Shown here piece by piece: positions 29,335 to 38,932 of a stretch of DNA of 64,000 nt. Made by a program: the position numbers and the translations under genes. Position 1 is the stretch's first letter; every line of letters starts with the position of its first letter. Under the pieces are notes generated by a model. It did no database searches. It was not told where the DNA came from and saw nothing but the letters and a program-made list of their open reading frames with translations. This stretch comes from Naasia sp. (GTDB lineage: Bacteria; Actinomycetota; Actinomycetes; Actinomycetales; Microbacteriaceae), in contig JAODAX010000067.1 in NCBI GenBank assembly GCA_025463675.1, positions 892-64,891 on the forward strand, read 5' to 3'.

Positions 29335-31455
29335 CTACAGGACGACGGTCGCCGCGATCTTGAGGATCCCCGCCTCGACCACGAACGTGTATGCGGTGCG
29401 CTCCACGTCGGTGCCCGACGCCCGGACGTACGCGATCGTCGCCTCCACCGTGCCGGGGCCGGTGGCCACCACGTCGGTCACCTCGACCCGCTGCACCTCC
29501 GACCAGAACGAGTCGTAGGCCCCGCGGCCGAACGCGTGATTCTGCTGATACTCGGAGGTCATCCGCGGCCAGGCGGCGTCGCGATTCCCCGGCAGCAGCG
29601 CGTAGTAGTCCGTCACCGCCGCCACCAGCTGAGCCGGGTCGTCGGCCGACGGGGCGGGAGGCGCGGGAGGCGCCGGCGGCGCGGGCTCCTGGGTCGGCTC
29701 CGGCTCGGGCTCCGGGTCGACGGCGGGCGGCGGGGTGCTTTCGGCGGGCGGCGGGGTCGTGCGGGGAGTGGTCGACGGCGAGGAGGAGTTCTGCGGGTCG
29801 GCGATGGTGCCGTCGTCGCGCTGGTTGAGCGCGAAAACGCTGCCGAGGACGACTACCAGGAGCACCGCCGCGGCGATGAGGATCGCGATGGGGCGGCGCC
29901 GGTGCCTCCCCTCCGGACCGCCATCATCGGGTCGCCCGGCGTTCCGGGTCCGGTTCGGCCCGACCGAGGTCGCGGGGACCGGCGGCCCTGCGACCGCGGC
30001 GCCCACGGTCTCTGCAGCTGGCGCATCTGCCGCAGCAGGCATCGCGGCAGCAGCCGGGACGGTAGCTGCAGCGACGACGGCCGCGCCTGGCCCGGGCGGC
30101 ACGGCGACGGGATCGCGGTCGGCGAACAGCTCCGCCAGTGGATCGTCGTCGGCGGCCGGCTCCTGCTCGCCCTGAATCTCGGGGTCGAGCGCCGCGCCAG
30201 GGCCCGAATCCACCGCGGGTTCCGGCTCCGGCTCCGGCTGAAGTTCCGGCTCCTCGGGTGCGGGCTCCGGCTGAAGCTCCGGCTCCGGCTGAAGTTCCGG
30301 CTCCTCGGGCTCCGGCTCCGGGCCCGGCTGAAGTTGCGGCTGGTCGGGCTCGGGCGTCGGCTCCCCCTCCAGCCGCTGCGCATCCGTCGCGTCCGGCACG
30401 GGCGCCGTGACTGTCGCGGCCGGCTCCGGCTCGTCCGGCGGCATCTCGCTCTCCGAGCCGTGCGGTCCGTCGGCGAACGCCGTCACCGCCGCACCGGCCG
30501 CGGGCGGCCACAGTGCGCCGGCCTCGTCGGCGGGCAGCACCTTCGTGGCGTCCGGCAGGGCGGCGTCGAGGGCGGGCAGCGGCACGACCGGCGCAGAGGG
30601 CGTGGGCAGCGGCGTGGTGGGCGGGTCGAGGGCGGTGGCGGGCAGCGCCGCGAGCCGGGCCGCAGCCTCCTTCATCGTGGGCCGGTCCTTGGGGTCGGCG
30701 GCGAGCAGCTCGAGCACCAGTTCCACGAGTGGGCCGCGGGTGCTGGGCGGGTCGAACTCTCCGCGCGCCACGCGGTGCAGCACCGCGATGGAGTTCTCGC
30801 CGCTACCGAACGGCGGCTCGCCTTCGAGCGCTGCGTAGAGGGTGGAGCCGAGGGAGAACACGTCCGACGCCGACGTCGACTTCCCGCCGCGCGCCACCTC
30901 CGGCGCCAGGTACGCGGGGGTGCCGTGCACGAACCCCGCCGAGGTGAGGGTGGAGTCGCCGGCCGCCCGGGAGATGCCGAAATCGCTAATGAGGGCGCGG
31001 CCATCCTCGTCGGCGATGAGGATGTTGCCCGGTTTGACGTCTCGGTGCACGATGCGCAGCTTGTGGGCAGCGGCGAGCGCGGAGGCCACCTCCGCGCCGA
31101 CGCGGGCGACTTCCTCAGGTTCGAGCCGGCCGCGGTCGCGGAGGATCGACGAGAGCGGCGTGGACGGCACGTACTGCAGGATCAGGCACGGCTGACCGTC
31201 GGAGACGACCGCGTCGAACACCGGCACGGCGTTCGGGTGGTGCAGCCGGGCGGCGATCCGCGCTTCCCGCATGGCGCGGTCACGGGCGAGTTTCGCCTCG
31301 TCCTCATCGATGCCCATCTGCGTGCGGAGCAGCTTGATGGCGACGGCCCGTTCGAGCAGCTCGTCGCGGGCCTCCCACACAACGCCCATGCCGCCAGCGG
31401 CGATGAGGCGCACCAGGCGGTAGCGGTCGGCGAGGAGGTCGTCTGAGCCGCTCAC
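29335..31455 (-). CDS. Membrane-anchored Hanks-type Ser/Thr protein kinase
   Basis: GGMGVVW, VAIK, HRDVKPGN, DFG, GTPAYLAPE; Pro/Glu linker, TM helix, small extracellular domain; GGAGGAGG SD. Confidence 0.92.
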   Translation of the reverse strand: MSGSDDLLADRYRLVRLIAAGGMGVVWEARDELLERAVAIKLLRTQMGIDEDEAKLARDRAMREARIAARLHHPNAVPVFDAVVSDGQPCLILQYVPSTPLSSILRDRGRLEPEEVARVGAEVASALAAAHKLRIVHRDVKPGNILIADEDGRALISDFGISRAAGDSTLTSAGFVHGTPAYLAPEVARGGKSTSASDVFSLGSTLYAALEGEPPFGSGENSIAVLHRVARGEFDPPSTRGPLVELVLELLAADPKDRPTMKEAAARLAALPATALDPPTTPLPTPSAPVVPLPALDAALPDATKVLPADEAGALWPPAAGAAVTAFADGPHGSESEMPPDEPEPAATVTAPVPDATDAQRLEGEPTPEPDQPQLQPGPEPEPEEPELQPEPELQPEPAPEEPELQPEPEPEPAVDSGPGAALDPEIQGEQEPAADDDPLAELFADRDPVAVPPGPGAAVVAAATVPAAAAMPAAADAPAAETVGAAVAGPPVPATSVGPNRTRNAGRPDDGGPEGRHRRRPIAILIAAAVLLVVVLGSVFALNQRDDGTIADPQNSSSPSTTPRTTPPPAESTPPPAVDPEPEPEPTQEPAPPAPPAPPAPSADDPAQLVAAVTDYYALLPGNRDAAWPRMTSEYQQNHAFGRGAYDSFWSEVQRVEVTDVVATGPGTVEATIAYVRASGTDVERTAYTFVVEAGILKIAATVVL
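30221..30335 (-). repeat. Coding (E/Q)PE tandem repeats including a 33-nt exact duplication with 51-nt period
   Basis: CTCCGGCTCCGGCTGAAGTTCCGGCTCCTCGGG at 30226 and 30277. Confidence 0.8.
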
Positions 31456-31564
31456 CGTCCTCCTCCGCGCCTGGGGCCCACCGCACGATCCTAGGTCGGC
31501 CCCAGCCGCACGATCTCGGGGTTGCGGGCCGGCTCCCGGCACCCCAGCCGCACCTGCGGGCCCC

Positions 31565-32758
31565 TTACCCGCGCGCCCACCCCGCGGGCGTCTCCCGGAC
31601 GAGGCCCTCCAGTTCGAGCAGTCCGAGCGCCCCGCGGACGGCGGCGACCGACAGACCGCTGCGCCGGGCGACCTCCTCCGCGGGCACCGCGCGAGACGAC
31701 AGCGCATCGAAGACGCGCATGCGCTCGGCGTCCCGGGCGCCGAAGCTGATCGCCCTTGGCATGTCGAGCGGCCCGATCACCAGCTCCGCCATCTCCTCCG
31801 GTGTGGTCACGCACACGGCGTCGAACTCGCGGAGCAGCCGGTGGCAGCCCGCCGACATCGCGGAGGTGACGGGGCCGGGCACCGCACCGAGGGGCCGCCC
31901 CAGGGTGGCGGCGTGGCCGGCCGTGTTCAGGGACCCGGACCGGGTGCCCGCCTCGACCACGACGGTCGCGGAGCTGGCCGCGGCGATGAGCCGGTTCCGC
32001 TGCAGGAATCTCCAACGTGTGGGTTGCGACCCGCAGGGCAGCTCGCTGACGATCACGCCGTGCTCGGCGATCCGGCGCAGCAGGGTGTCGTGGCCGCTCG
32101 GGTAGAACCGGTCCACCCCGCCGGCGAGGAACGCCATGGTGGGCGCTCCCCCCGCGAGCGCCGCCCGGTGCGCCATGCCGTCGATGCCATAGGCGGCGCC
32201 AGACACGATGGCGAAGCCGCGATCGCCGAGGCCCGCCGCCGCCTCCGCCGCGATGTGTTCGCCGTAGCCGGACGCGGCCCGGGCCCCGACGATCGCAATG
32301 GGTAGCGGGTGCGCCAGCAGTCCGATGTTCCCGCGGCACCAGAGCGCAGCCGGACCATGGTCGCCGAGGTCATCGACGCCGATCGGCCACTCCGCATCGC
32401 CGGGGATGACCAGCGACGCGCCGACGAAGCGCGCGGAGCGGAGACTCTGCAGCGCCAGATCGCCCCTCACCCGAGGCCGCCACCGCGCCAGCGCGTCGGC
32501 GATCACCGAGCCCGGCACCGACTCCCCCAGCCCGTCCTCGATCGCCCGCCGCACCCGGTCGACATCGTCCCGCTCGGCGAGCTCGAGCGCCTCGACAGGG
32601 CCCGCGGCGGCGATCAGGCGGCCCGCGATGCTGTCGCCGGTCTCCGCGATGCCGCTCCAGGCGGCGCGGGCGAAGACGGTCTCCACGTCGTCGTCGGCGT
32701 CCGATCGCACGGGCGCGGTGCAGTCGCGGAGGGTGCGCGGGTCGAGTCCGAGAATCAC
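31565..32758 (-). CDS. dprA: DNA-processing protein DprA
   Basis: AIVGARAASGYG, VSGAAYGID, FLQRNRLIAA, SGSLNTA; GTGA overlap with comM. Confidence 0.93.
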   Translation of the reverse strand: MILGLDPRTLRDCTAPVRSDADDDVETVFARAAWSGIAETGDSIAGRLIAAAGPVEALELAERDDVDRVRRAIEDGLGESVPGSVIADALARWRPRVRGDLALQSLRSARFVGASLVIPGDAEWPIGVDDLGDHGPAALWCRGNIGLLAHPLPIAIVGARAASGYGEHIAAEAAAGLGDRGFAIVSGAAYGIDGMAHRAALAGGAPTMAFLAGGVDRFYPSGHDTLLRRIAEHGVIVSELPCGSQPTRWRFLQRNRLIAAASSATVVVEAGTRSGSLNTAGHAATLGRPLGAVPGPVTSAMSAGCHRLLREFDAVCVTTPEEMAELVIGPLDMPRAISFGARDAERMRVFDALSSRAVPAEEVARRSGLSVAAVRGALGLLELEGLVRETPAGWARG

Positions 32759-34287
32759 GGGGCCGTCCTTCGCAGGAGCAGGGCACGTCCGACCTGGTCG
32801 GCGCCGGGACGATCGACACCGTCGAGGTCCGCGAGGGTCCACGCGATGCGGAGCACGCGATCGTAGCCACGCATGGAGAGCACCCCTCGCTCCAGGGCGA
32901 TGTCGATGGGCGCGAGCACGGCGCGGTCCAGTCGCCAGCCGGCACTGCGCAGCACCGTCCCGGACACCTCGGCGTTGGTCCGCCAGCCCGTGCCCGCCAG
33001 GCGGCCGGCCGACCGGGCACGGGCCGCCTCCACCCGGGCCCGGGCGTCCGCCGATGTGACGGGACGGCGTTCATCGGCGAGGCGCAGCTGCGCTGCGGTG
33101 ACCCGCTGCACCCGCACACGGATGTCGATCCGGTCGAAGAGCGGCCCCCGCAGCTTGTCCTGGTACTTCCGCCGCAGCCCGCCGGCGCAGCGGCACTCGC
33201 GGTCACGGGAGCCGAACTCGCCGCACGGGCACGGGTTGGCGGCGAGCACCAACTGGAACCGGGCCGGGAAGGTGGCGCTGCCCGCCGCACGGTCGATGGT
33301 GATGCGCCCGCTCTCGAGCGGCTGCCGCAGCGTCTGCAGCGCGTCGTGCGAGAACTCGGGCGCCTCGTCGAGGAAGAGCACGCCGCGGGTGGCGCGGGCG
33401 GCTGCGCCGGGGCGCAGCACGGTGCTGCCGCCACCGACGATCGCGGCGGGCGTCGCCGTGTGGTGGGGGCTCTCGAACGGTGGGCGGGTGTCGAGGGTAG
33501 CGCCGACGGGGATGCCGGCAAGGGAGCGCACCGACGCCACCTCGAGCGCCGCCGCCTCATCGAGCGGTGGCAGCAGGTCGGGCAGCCGGGACGCGAGCAT
33601 CGTCTTGCCGGCGCCTGGCGGCCCGACCATGAGCAGGTGGTGACCGCCCGCGGCCGCGGTGATCAGCGCCTCGATGGTGTCGTCGTTCCCCACCACGTCG
33701 GACAGGTCGCCGATCTCACGTGCGTGGACCGCCGCGGGCGGCGACGGCAGCGGATCGACCGGCACCCGGTCCACCTCCGCGCCGTGCCAGATCGCCGCAT
33801 CGCGGAGACTCGCGATACCGACGACGCGGACGTCCCGCACCAGCTCCGCCTCGGGCCGATTGGCTTCGGGCACGAGGACCGTCTCGACGCCGACACTGGC
33901 GGCGGCGAGGACGGCGGGCAGCACCCCGCGCTGCGGCCGCACCCGACCGTCGAGGGCGAGCTCGCCGACGTGCGCCACCTTCCCGGGCGGATCCGCCGGC
34001 AGCTGCCCGGACGTGCCGAGTGCGGCGATGGCGATGGCCAGGTCGAAACCGGACCCCTGCTTGCGCAGATCGGCCGGCGACAGGTTGACGGTGAGTTTGC
34101 GGGTGGGCCACTCGAAGCCCGAGTTCGACACGGCGGCCCGCACCCGCTGCTCGGCCTCTCGCAACGCGGAGTCGGGCAGTCCGATCAGCTTGAAGCCGGG
34201 CTTCTGGTTCGACAGCTCCGCCTCCACCTCGACGACCGACCCGGCGAGCCCCTGCAGCGCGACCGAGCGCGCGCGTCCGACCGGCAT
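32755..34287 (-). CDS. comM: YifB/ComM family Mg-chelatase-like AAA+ ATPase
   Basis: IGLPDSALREA, GPPGAGKTMLA, FLDEAPEF, AANPCPCG, DRIDI. Confidence 0.9.
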   Translation of the reverse strand: MPVGRARSVALQGLAGSVVEVEAELSNQKPGFKLIGLPDSALREAEQRVRAAVSNSGFEWPTRKLTVNLSPADLRKQGSGFDLAIAIAALGTSGQLPADPPGKVAHVGELALDGRVRPQRGVLPAVLAAASVGVETVLVPEANRPEAELVRDVRVVGIASLRDAAIWHGAEVDRVPVDPLPSPPAAVHAREIGDLSDVVGNDDTIEALITAAAGGHHLLMVGPPGAGKTMLASRLPDLLPPLDEAAALEVASVRSLAGIPVGATLDTRPPFESPHHTATPAAIVGGGSTVLRPGAAARATRGVLFLDEAPEFSHDALQTLRQPLESGRITIDRAAGSATFPARFQLVLAANPCPCGEFGSRDRECRCAGGLRRKYQDKLRGPLFDRIDIRVRVQRVTAAQLRLADERRPVTSADARARVEAARARSAGRLAGTGWRTNAEVSGTVLRSAGWRLDRAVLAPIDIALERGVLSMRGYDRVLRIAWTLADLDGVDRPGADQVGRALLLRRTAP

Positions 34288-34643
34288 CAGCGCACGTCCT
34301 CGAACACCTCGACGACGGGCGACCCGACGCGCGGCACAACGATGGCGACCACGTCCACCCGGATGTCCCCGTGCCGCCCCGGATGCTCCCGGCACCAGAT
34401 CCGCGCCAGCCGGTAGAGGCGGCCGAGCTTGGCCTCGGTGATGGCCTCGAAGGGGTGCCCGTAGGCGAGGCTCGACCGGGTTTTCACCTCGACGAAGACG
34501 GTCCCGCGCCCGCGGCGGGCGACCAGGTCGATCTCGCCCTGTGAGCACCGCCAGTTCCGGTCGACGATCCGGTATCCCCGTGCCGTCAGGTAGCCGGCCG
34601 CCAGCTCCTCGCCGCGCCGGCCCAGGTCGTCCTTCGCCGCCAT
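34287..34643 (-). CDS. yraN: YraN family nuclease-like protein
   Basis: LGRRGEELAA, RNWRCSQGEIDLV, FVEVKTR. Confidence 0.92.
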   Translation of the reverse strand: MAAKDDLGRRGEELAAGYLTARGYRIVDRNWRCSQGEIDLVARRGRGTVFVEVKTRSSLAYGHPFEAITEAKLGRLYRLARIWCREHPGRHGDIRVDVVAIVVPRVGSPVVEVFEDVR

Positions 34644-34749
34644 CACGCCTCCTTGAGGGAAGGCTCCCCGATGGGCGAGGGCTCGGCCGGCGCGCTGGGC
34701 GGACCGGTGGATGCGACGCCCGTCCGCCGGCTGGGGAGGACGGGCTCGT

Positions 34750-35555
34750 TGTAGTTCCTCGGAACGTTGTGATCAGCGTGGCGTGAGCTGACATAGCGAG
34801 GACCTCCGATATCGAAGGGGTTACCACACACCCATCGAGCCCCGGATGTCCTCGTGACTCACGCTAATGCCCCGCTCACCCCGACTGGCCGGCTCCGGCC
34901 GGTGAAGTCCGTCGTCGAGGACGGCTGGTCGGTGCGGCGGGCCGCGGAACGGTTCCAGTGCTCCCCGGCCACCGCGTCGAAGTGGCCAGTCCGCTGTGAA
35001 GTCGCCCGGCCCGGTGACCTGGTGCCTGTCGACATCAAGAAGCTCGGTCGCATCCCCGACGGCGGCGGGCATCGCAGCCTTGGTAGGGCGTTGCGCAAAC
35101 GAGCCGCAAACGCGGAGTGGGCTACGAGTTGCTGCATCATGCCGTCGACGATCACAGCCGGCTCGCCTACTCGGAGAGCCTCCCGGACGAGCGGAAAGAC
35201 ACCACGGCGGCGTTCTGGCTTCGGGCACGGGCGCTCTTCGCCGCGGCCGGTATTCGGGTCACCGCCGTGATCACCGACAACCGATCCTGCTACCGATCTC
35301 GCGAGTTCGCCGCTGCGCTTGGCGATATCAAGCACCGGTGGACGAGGCCTTATCGGCCGCAGACCAACGGCAGGGTCGAACGGTTCAACCGCACTCTGCT
35401 GGCCGAGTGAGCCTAGGCGAAGAGCTGCTCCTCGCCGCAAGCATGCGAGAGCGACTACCCTGCCCGGCTGCACGCCTACAATCACCACCGACCCCACACC
35501 GGAATCGGCGGATCAACGCCAGCGACCCGCGTTCACAACCTCACGGGGAACTACA
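34750..35555 (+). mobile_element. Degenerate IS481-family insertion sequence (806 bp)
   Basis: Terminal inverted repeats TGTAGTTCCTCGGAACGTTGTGA and (reverse complement) TGTAGTTCCCCGTGAGGTTGTGA match at 19/23; transposase fragments lie inside. Confidence 0.9.
34854..35555 (+). pseudogene. IS481-family transposase pseudogene
   Basis: HANAPLTPTGRLR, DIKKLGRIPDGGG, DDHSRLAYSE, TDN, RPYRPQTNGRVERFNRT and YNHHRPHTGIGG motifs; internal deletion, frameshifts, and stops where LAEWAY is expected. Confidence 0.9.
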
Positions 35556-35580
35556 GCCGGTGCTCCACGTCGGTGGGCTC

Positions 35581-35904
35581 CTACTCGTCGAGCGCGAGCT
35601 CGGTGGGGAGCTCCAGCTCCTTCGCCGACAGCTCCTCGACGTTCACGTCCTTGAACGTGAGCACGCGGACGCTCTTCACGAAGCGATCGGCGCGGTAGAC
35701 GTCCCACACCCACACGTCGTGCATGGAGAGCTCGAAGTAGAAGTCGTGCTCGGTGTCCCGGCGGACCAGCTCGACCTCGTTCGCGAGGTAAAAGCGTCGC
35801 TCGGTCTCGACGACGTACTTGAACTGCCCGACGATGTCCCGGTACTCGCGGTACAGCGCCAGCTCGACCTCGCGGTCGTAGTCCTCGAACTCGTCCTCAT
35901 CCAT
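35581..35904 (-). CDS. DUF2469 family protein
   Basis: ELALYREYRD, VETERRFYLAN, WVWDVYR, TFKDVNVEEL. Confidence 0.92.
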   Translation of the reverse strand: MDEDEFEDYDREVELALYREYRDIVGQFKYVVETERRFYLANEVELVRRDTEHDFYFELSMHDVWVWDVYRADRFVKSVRVLTFKDVNVEELSAKELELPTELALDE

Positions 35905-35943
35905 CCGGCTCATCCTACGTCGGAGGAGGGGTGTGCGTCCGGC

Positions 35944-36762
35944 TCAGGCGTCGGCGCGCGCCTCGACGGGGCTCTCGGACGCCGCAAGCTCGGCCGGATC
36001 GCCGTCGCCGTCGTCGTCATCGGGTTCGGCGGCGACCGAGTCGGCGTCCAGCTCGAACAGGGATGGCGTGCGCAGCCAGGTGTGCCGGTGCAGCGGGCTC
36101 GGGCCGTGCTCGTCGATCGCCGCCCAGTGCGTGGCCGACCCGTAGCCCTTGTTGCTCACCCAGCCGTAGTGCGGCCTCGTGTCGTGGTGGTTGATCATCA
36201 GGCCGTCGCGCGCCACCTTCGCGAGCACCGACGCGCCGGAGACGGAGGCGCAGGTCAGGTCCGCCTTGATCCGGGTGGTCACCCGCGGCAAGCAGGGCAC
36301 CCCGGCGGGCGCCAGGGCACGGGTGAGGTAGTCGGAGTTGCCGTCGAGCAGCACGACGGCCTCCGCCGCGTCGGCCTCGGCGAACCCGCGGTCGAGCAGC
36401 CCCAGCAGCGCACGGGCGCCGGCGAGGCCGAGCGCCGCGGTCAGACCGAACTCGTCGATCTCCTCGTTGCTGGCCATGCCGACGGCTGAGTGCATCGCCC
36501 AGCGGTCCACGAGCGGCGCGAGCTGTTCGCGGCGCGCCTGTGGCAGCAGCTTGGAGTCCCGCAGTCCCCGCGGCGGGCGGCTGTCGAGGTCGACCACGCA
36601 CATGCCGATCGCGACCGGGCCGGCGATCGCGCCGCGGCCGACCTCGTCGCAGCCGATGACCAAGCGGGCGCCCGACTCCGCCAGCTCGCGCTCCCGCTTC
36701 AGGTTGGGCGCGACGCCGCCCGGCGGCTTCCGGCGGGGCTTCGCGGCGACGCGCTCAGCCAT
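35944..36762 (-). CDS. rnhB: Ribonuclease HII
   Basis: GCDEVGRGAIAGP, RDSKLL, LDG, ASVLAKVARD, NKGYG. Confidence 0.94.
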   Translation of the reverse strand: MAERVAAKPRRKPPGGVAPNLKRERELAESGARLVIGCDEVGRGAIAGPVAIGMCVVDLDSRPPRGLRDSKLLPQARREQLAPLVDRWAMHSAVGMASNEEIDEFGLTAALGLAGARALLGLLDRGFAEADAAEAVVLLDGNSDYLTRALAPAGVPCLPRVTTRIKADLTCASVSGASVLAKVARDGLMINHHDTRPHYGWVSNKGYGSATHWAAIDEHGPSPLHRHTWLRTPSLFELDADSVAAEPDDDDGDGDPAELAASESPVEARADA

Positions 36763-37534
36763 CCCGCCCCTCCCGCGCCTCATCGACCCCGCCGAACGTG
36801 TCCGAGTAGTCGTCGAGCCACGTCCAGCGGTCGAGCGGCCAGCTGATGACGAGGGCGCGGCCCACCACGTTCTCGATGGGAACGAACCCGTTGCCCGGCT
36901 TGTCGGTGTTGTAGCGCGAGTCGCGGGAGTTGTAGCGATTGTCGCCCATCACCCAGAGGTAGCCCTCTGGCACTGTCACCTCGAAGTCGATCTCGCTGAC
37001 CCGGTCGGCGCTGGCCGGAAGCTTGACGTACGGCTCGTCGAGGGGGATGCCGTTCACCGTCATCTGACCGAGCCCGTTGCAGCACGCGACGACGTCGCCG
37101 GGCATTCCGATCACGCGCTTGACCAGGTGATCGTTACTGTCGGGGGCGGACAGGCCGACAACGGAGAGAAGCCAGTCGAACGCGGCGACGAGCGGTGACT
37201 GCTCGATGACCGGCTGCGGCTGCAGCCAGCCGCCCGGGTCGCGGAACACGACCACGTCGCCGTGCGAGAGGGGCATCAGCTCCGGGGTGAGCTGGTTGAC
37301 GATGATCCGGTCATCCACCTCCAGGGTGTCCTGCATCGACGCGGAGGGGATGTAGAACGACCGGATCAGGAACGTTTTGATGAGGAAGGAGGCGAGAACG
37401 GCGACCAGGAAGATGATCAGCAGGTCACGCACGAACAGGAGCGCGCCACGCTTGCGCTCGGCCGCTCGCCGCCTCGACCGACGAGTCTCCTGGGGCGCCG
37501 GATCCGGCACCGCCGGAGCGGCACTGTCGGTCAA
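36755..37534 (-). CDS. lepB: Signal peptidase I
   Basis: FYIPSASMQDTL, LVKRVIG, GDNRYNSRDSR; start uncertain (TTG 37534 or GTG 37546). Confidence 0.93.
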   Translation of the reverse strand: MTDSAAPAVPDPAPQETRRSRRRAAERKRGALLFVRDLLIIFLVAVLASFLIKTFLIRSFYIPSASMQDTLEVDDRIIVNQLTPELMPLSHGDVVVFRDPGGWLQPQPVIEQSPLVAAFDWLLSVVGLSAPDSNDHLVKRVIGMPGDVVACCNGLGQMTVNGIPLDEPYVKLPASADRVSEIDFEVTVPEGYLWVMGDNRYNSRDSRYNTDKPGNGFVPIENVVGRALVISWPLDRWTWLDDYSDTFGGVDEAREGRDG

Positions 37535-37587
37535 ATCGCGGCCCACCCTCGTTCGCTGCTACCGGCGAGACGCGATGCCCGCACAGA

Positions 37588-37622
37588 GGAAAACCCCCGC
37601 GACAGTGTATGTCGCGGGGGTT
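37588..37622 (-). terminator. Rho-independent terminator after rplS
   Basis: AACCCCCGCGACA-loop-TGTCGCGGGGGTT stem ending in a short T-run on the minus strand. Confidence 0.8.
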
Positions 37623-37646
37623 CGAAACGCTGGGAGGCGGCCAGCC

Positions 37647-37997
37647 TCAGCTGTCGCGCTTCTCCTTGATCTTCGCCTTCTTGCCGCGAAGACCGCGCAG
37701 GTAGTAGAGCTTCGCGCGACGCACATCACCGCGGGTGACGACCTCGATGTGATCGATGATCGGCGAGTGCACCGGGAAGGTGCGCTCGACGCCGACCTGG
37801 AAGCTGATCTTGCGGACCGTGAAGGTCTCCCGGACGCCGGCACCCTGGCGGGCGATCACGACGCCCTGGAAGATCTGGATGCGGCTGCGGCTGCCTTCGA
37901 CGATGTTGACGTGCACCTTGACGGTGTCGCCGGCACGGAAGGCGGGGATGTCGGACCGCAGCGAGGCGGCGTCGACCTGGTCGAGAAGATTCGTCAT
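37647..37997 (-). CDS. rplS: 50S ribosomal protein L19
   Basis: [30 protein letters not shown]. Confidence 0.97.
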   Translation of the reverse strand: MTNLLDQVDAASLRSDIPAFRAGDTVKVHVNIVEGSRSRIQIFQGVVIARQGAGVRETFTVRKISFQVGVERTFPVHSPIIDHIEVVTRGDVRRAKLYYLRGLRGKKAKIKEKRDS

Positions 37998-38201
37998 GGG
38001 AGTGTCACTTCCTGTATCCGCCGCAGGTCGGGCTCGTAACCGGCACGGCGAGTCGCCGCCCCGGCGGGGGCTTGTCGATTGAGTGGTGTCCGCGGAAGAA
38101 GCTGGCTCCCCTGCGGCAGAACCGGCCGCGGCACGATCGACCATTCTGTCACAGTCCGAGGGCTACCGACAATCGACGAGGGCGCCCTCAGGGCGGCCCC
38201 T

Positions 38202-38287
38202 CGTCCCCCAACAGGGCGGACTGCCACTAACAGGCTGAGAACCCGGAGTCCTGCCTGGTGGCCGCGAGTCAGCCTGCTGAGCGCAGG
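38202..38287. repeat. Degenerate double-unit palindrome, family A
   Basis: AACAGG at 38210 and 38229, GCCTG at 38253 and 38272 (19-nt period); right arm matches 54611-54645 at 27/35. Confidence 0.7.
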
Positions 38288-38292
38288 CGCCG

Positions 38293-38796
38293 CTACGGGC
38301 GGCGCTGGGCGGGGTTCGAGGGGGACGGCGTCGACGGGGAGATGACGATGTACTCCCCCGCGTCCATGGGCGGCTGGACGGCGCCCGTGGGCCGGCCGGC
38401 GCGGTCGATCGCCTCGAAGACCTTCTTCACGCGCTTGCGGGTCTCGGTGACCAGCTGCCAGGCGGCGCTCCAGAACGCGGCGATGGCGAGGGCGACGGCC
38501 AGCGCCGCGAATACCGAGGTGGCGGGGCTGAAGAATCCCACACCGACCACCGCGAGGTGCCAGGCACCGGCCACCCCGACATCGAGCCAGGACACGGTTC
38601 GGCTGGAGCGCACCGACTTGCGCGCGTAGGTGATGCCCGCGACGCCGATCAGCGCCAACACCAGGAACGGCGTGGCAAGGGCGATCGCGGCGAAGGTGCC
38701 GGCGCTGCCCCAGATCGCCCAGCCGAGGAGCAGCCAGGCGGGCAGCACGACGATCGCGGCGAGCTGCCAAAAGAAGAAGGCCCTGCGAGCGAGCAT
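38293..38796 (-). CDS. Hypothetical 4-TM membrane protein
   Basis: Hydrophobic helices; TAACGT -10 6 nt before ATG. Confidence 0.75.
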   Translation of the reverse strand: MLARRAFFFWQLAAIVVLPAWLLLGWAIWGSAGTFAAIALATPFLVLALIGVAGITYARKSVRSSRTVSWLDVGVAGAWHLAVVGVGFFSPATSVFAALAVALAIAAFWSAAWQLVTETRKRVKKVFEAIDRAGRPTGAVQPPMDAGEYIVISPSTPSPSNPAQRRP

Positions 38797-38932
38797 GTCT
38801 CAACGTTAGGACGCTCCGCCCGGGAATCCCAGGATGTTCGCGGGGAGCGTGCGGGGCGTCGCTCCGGCGACCGCGAGGCGGTGCCGCCGGCCCCAGTACG
38901 CTCGTTGCGGACCACCCGGAGGTAGGAAACCC

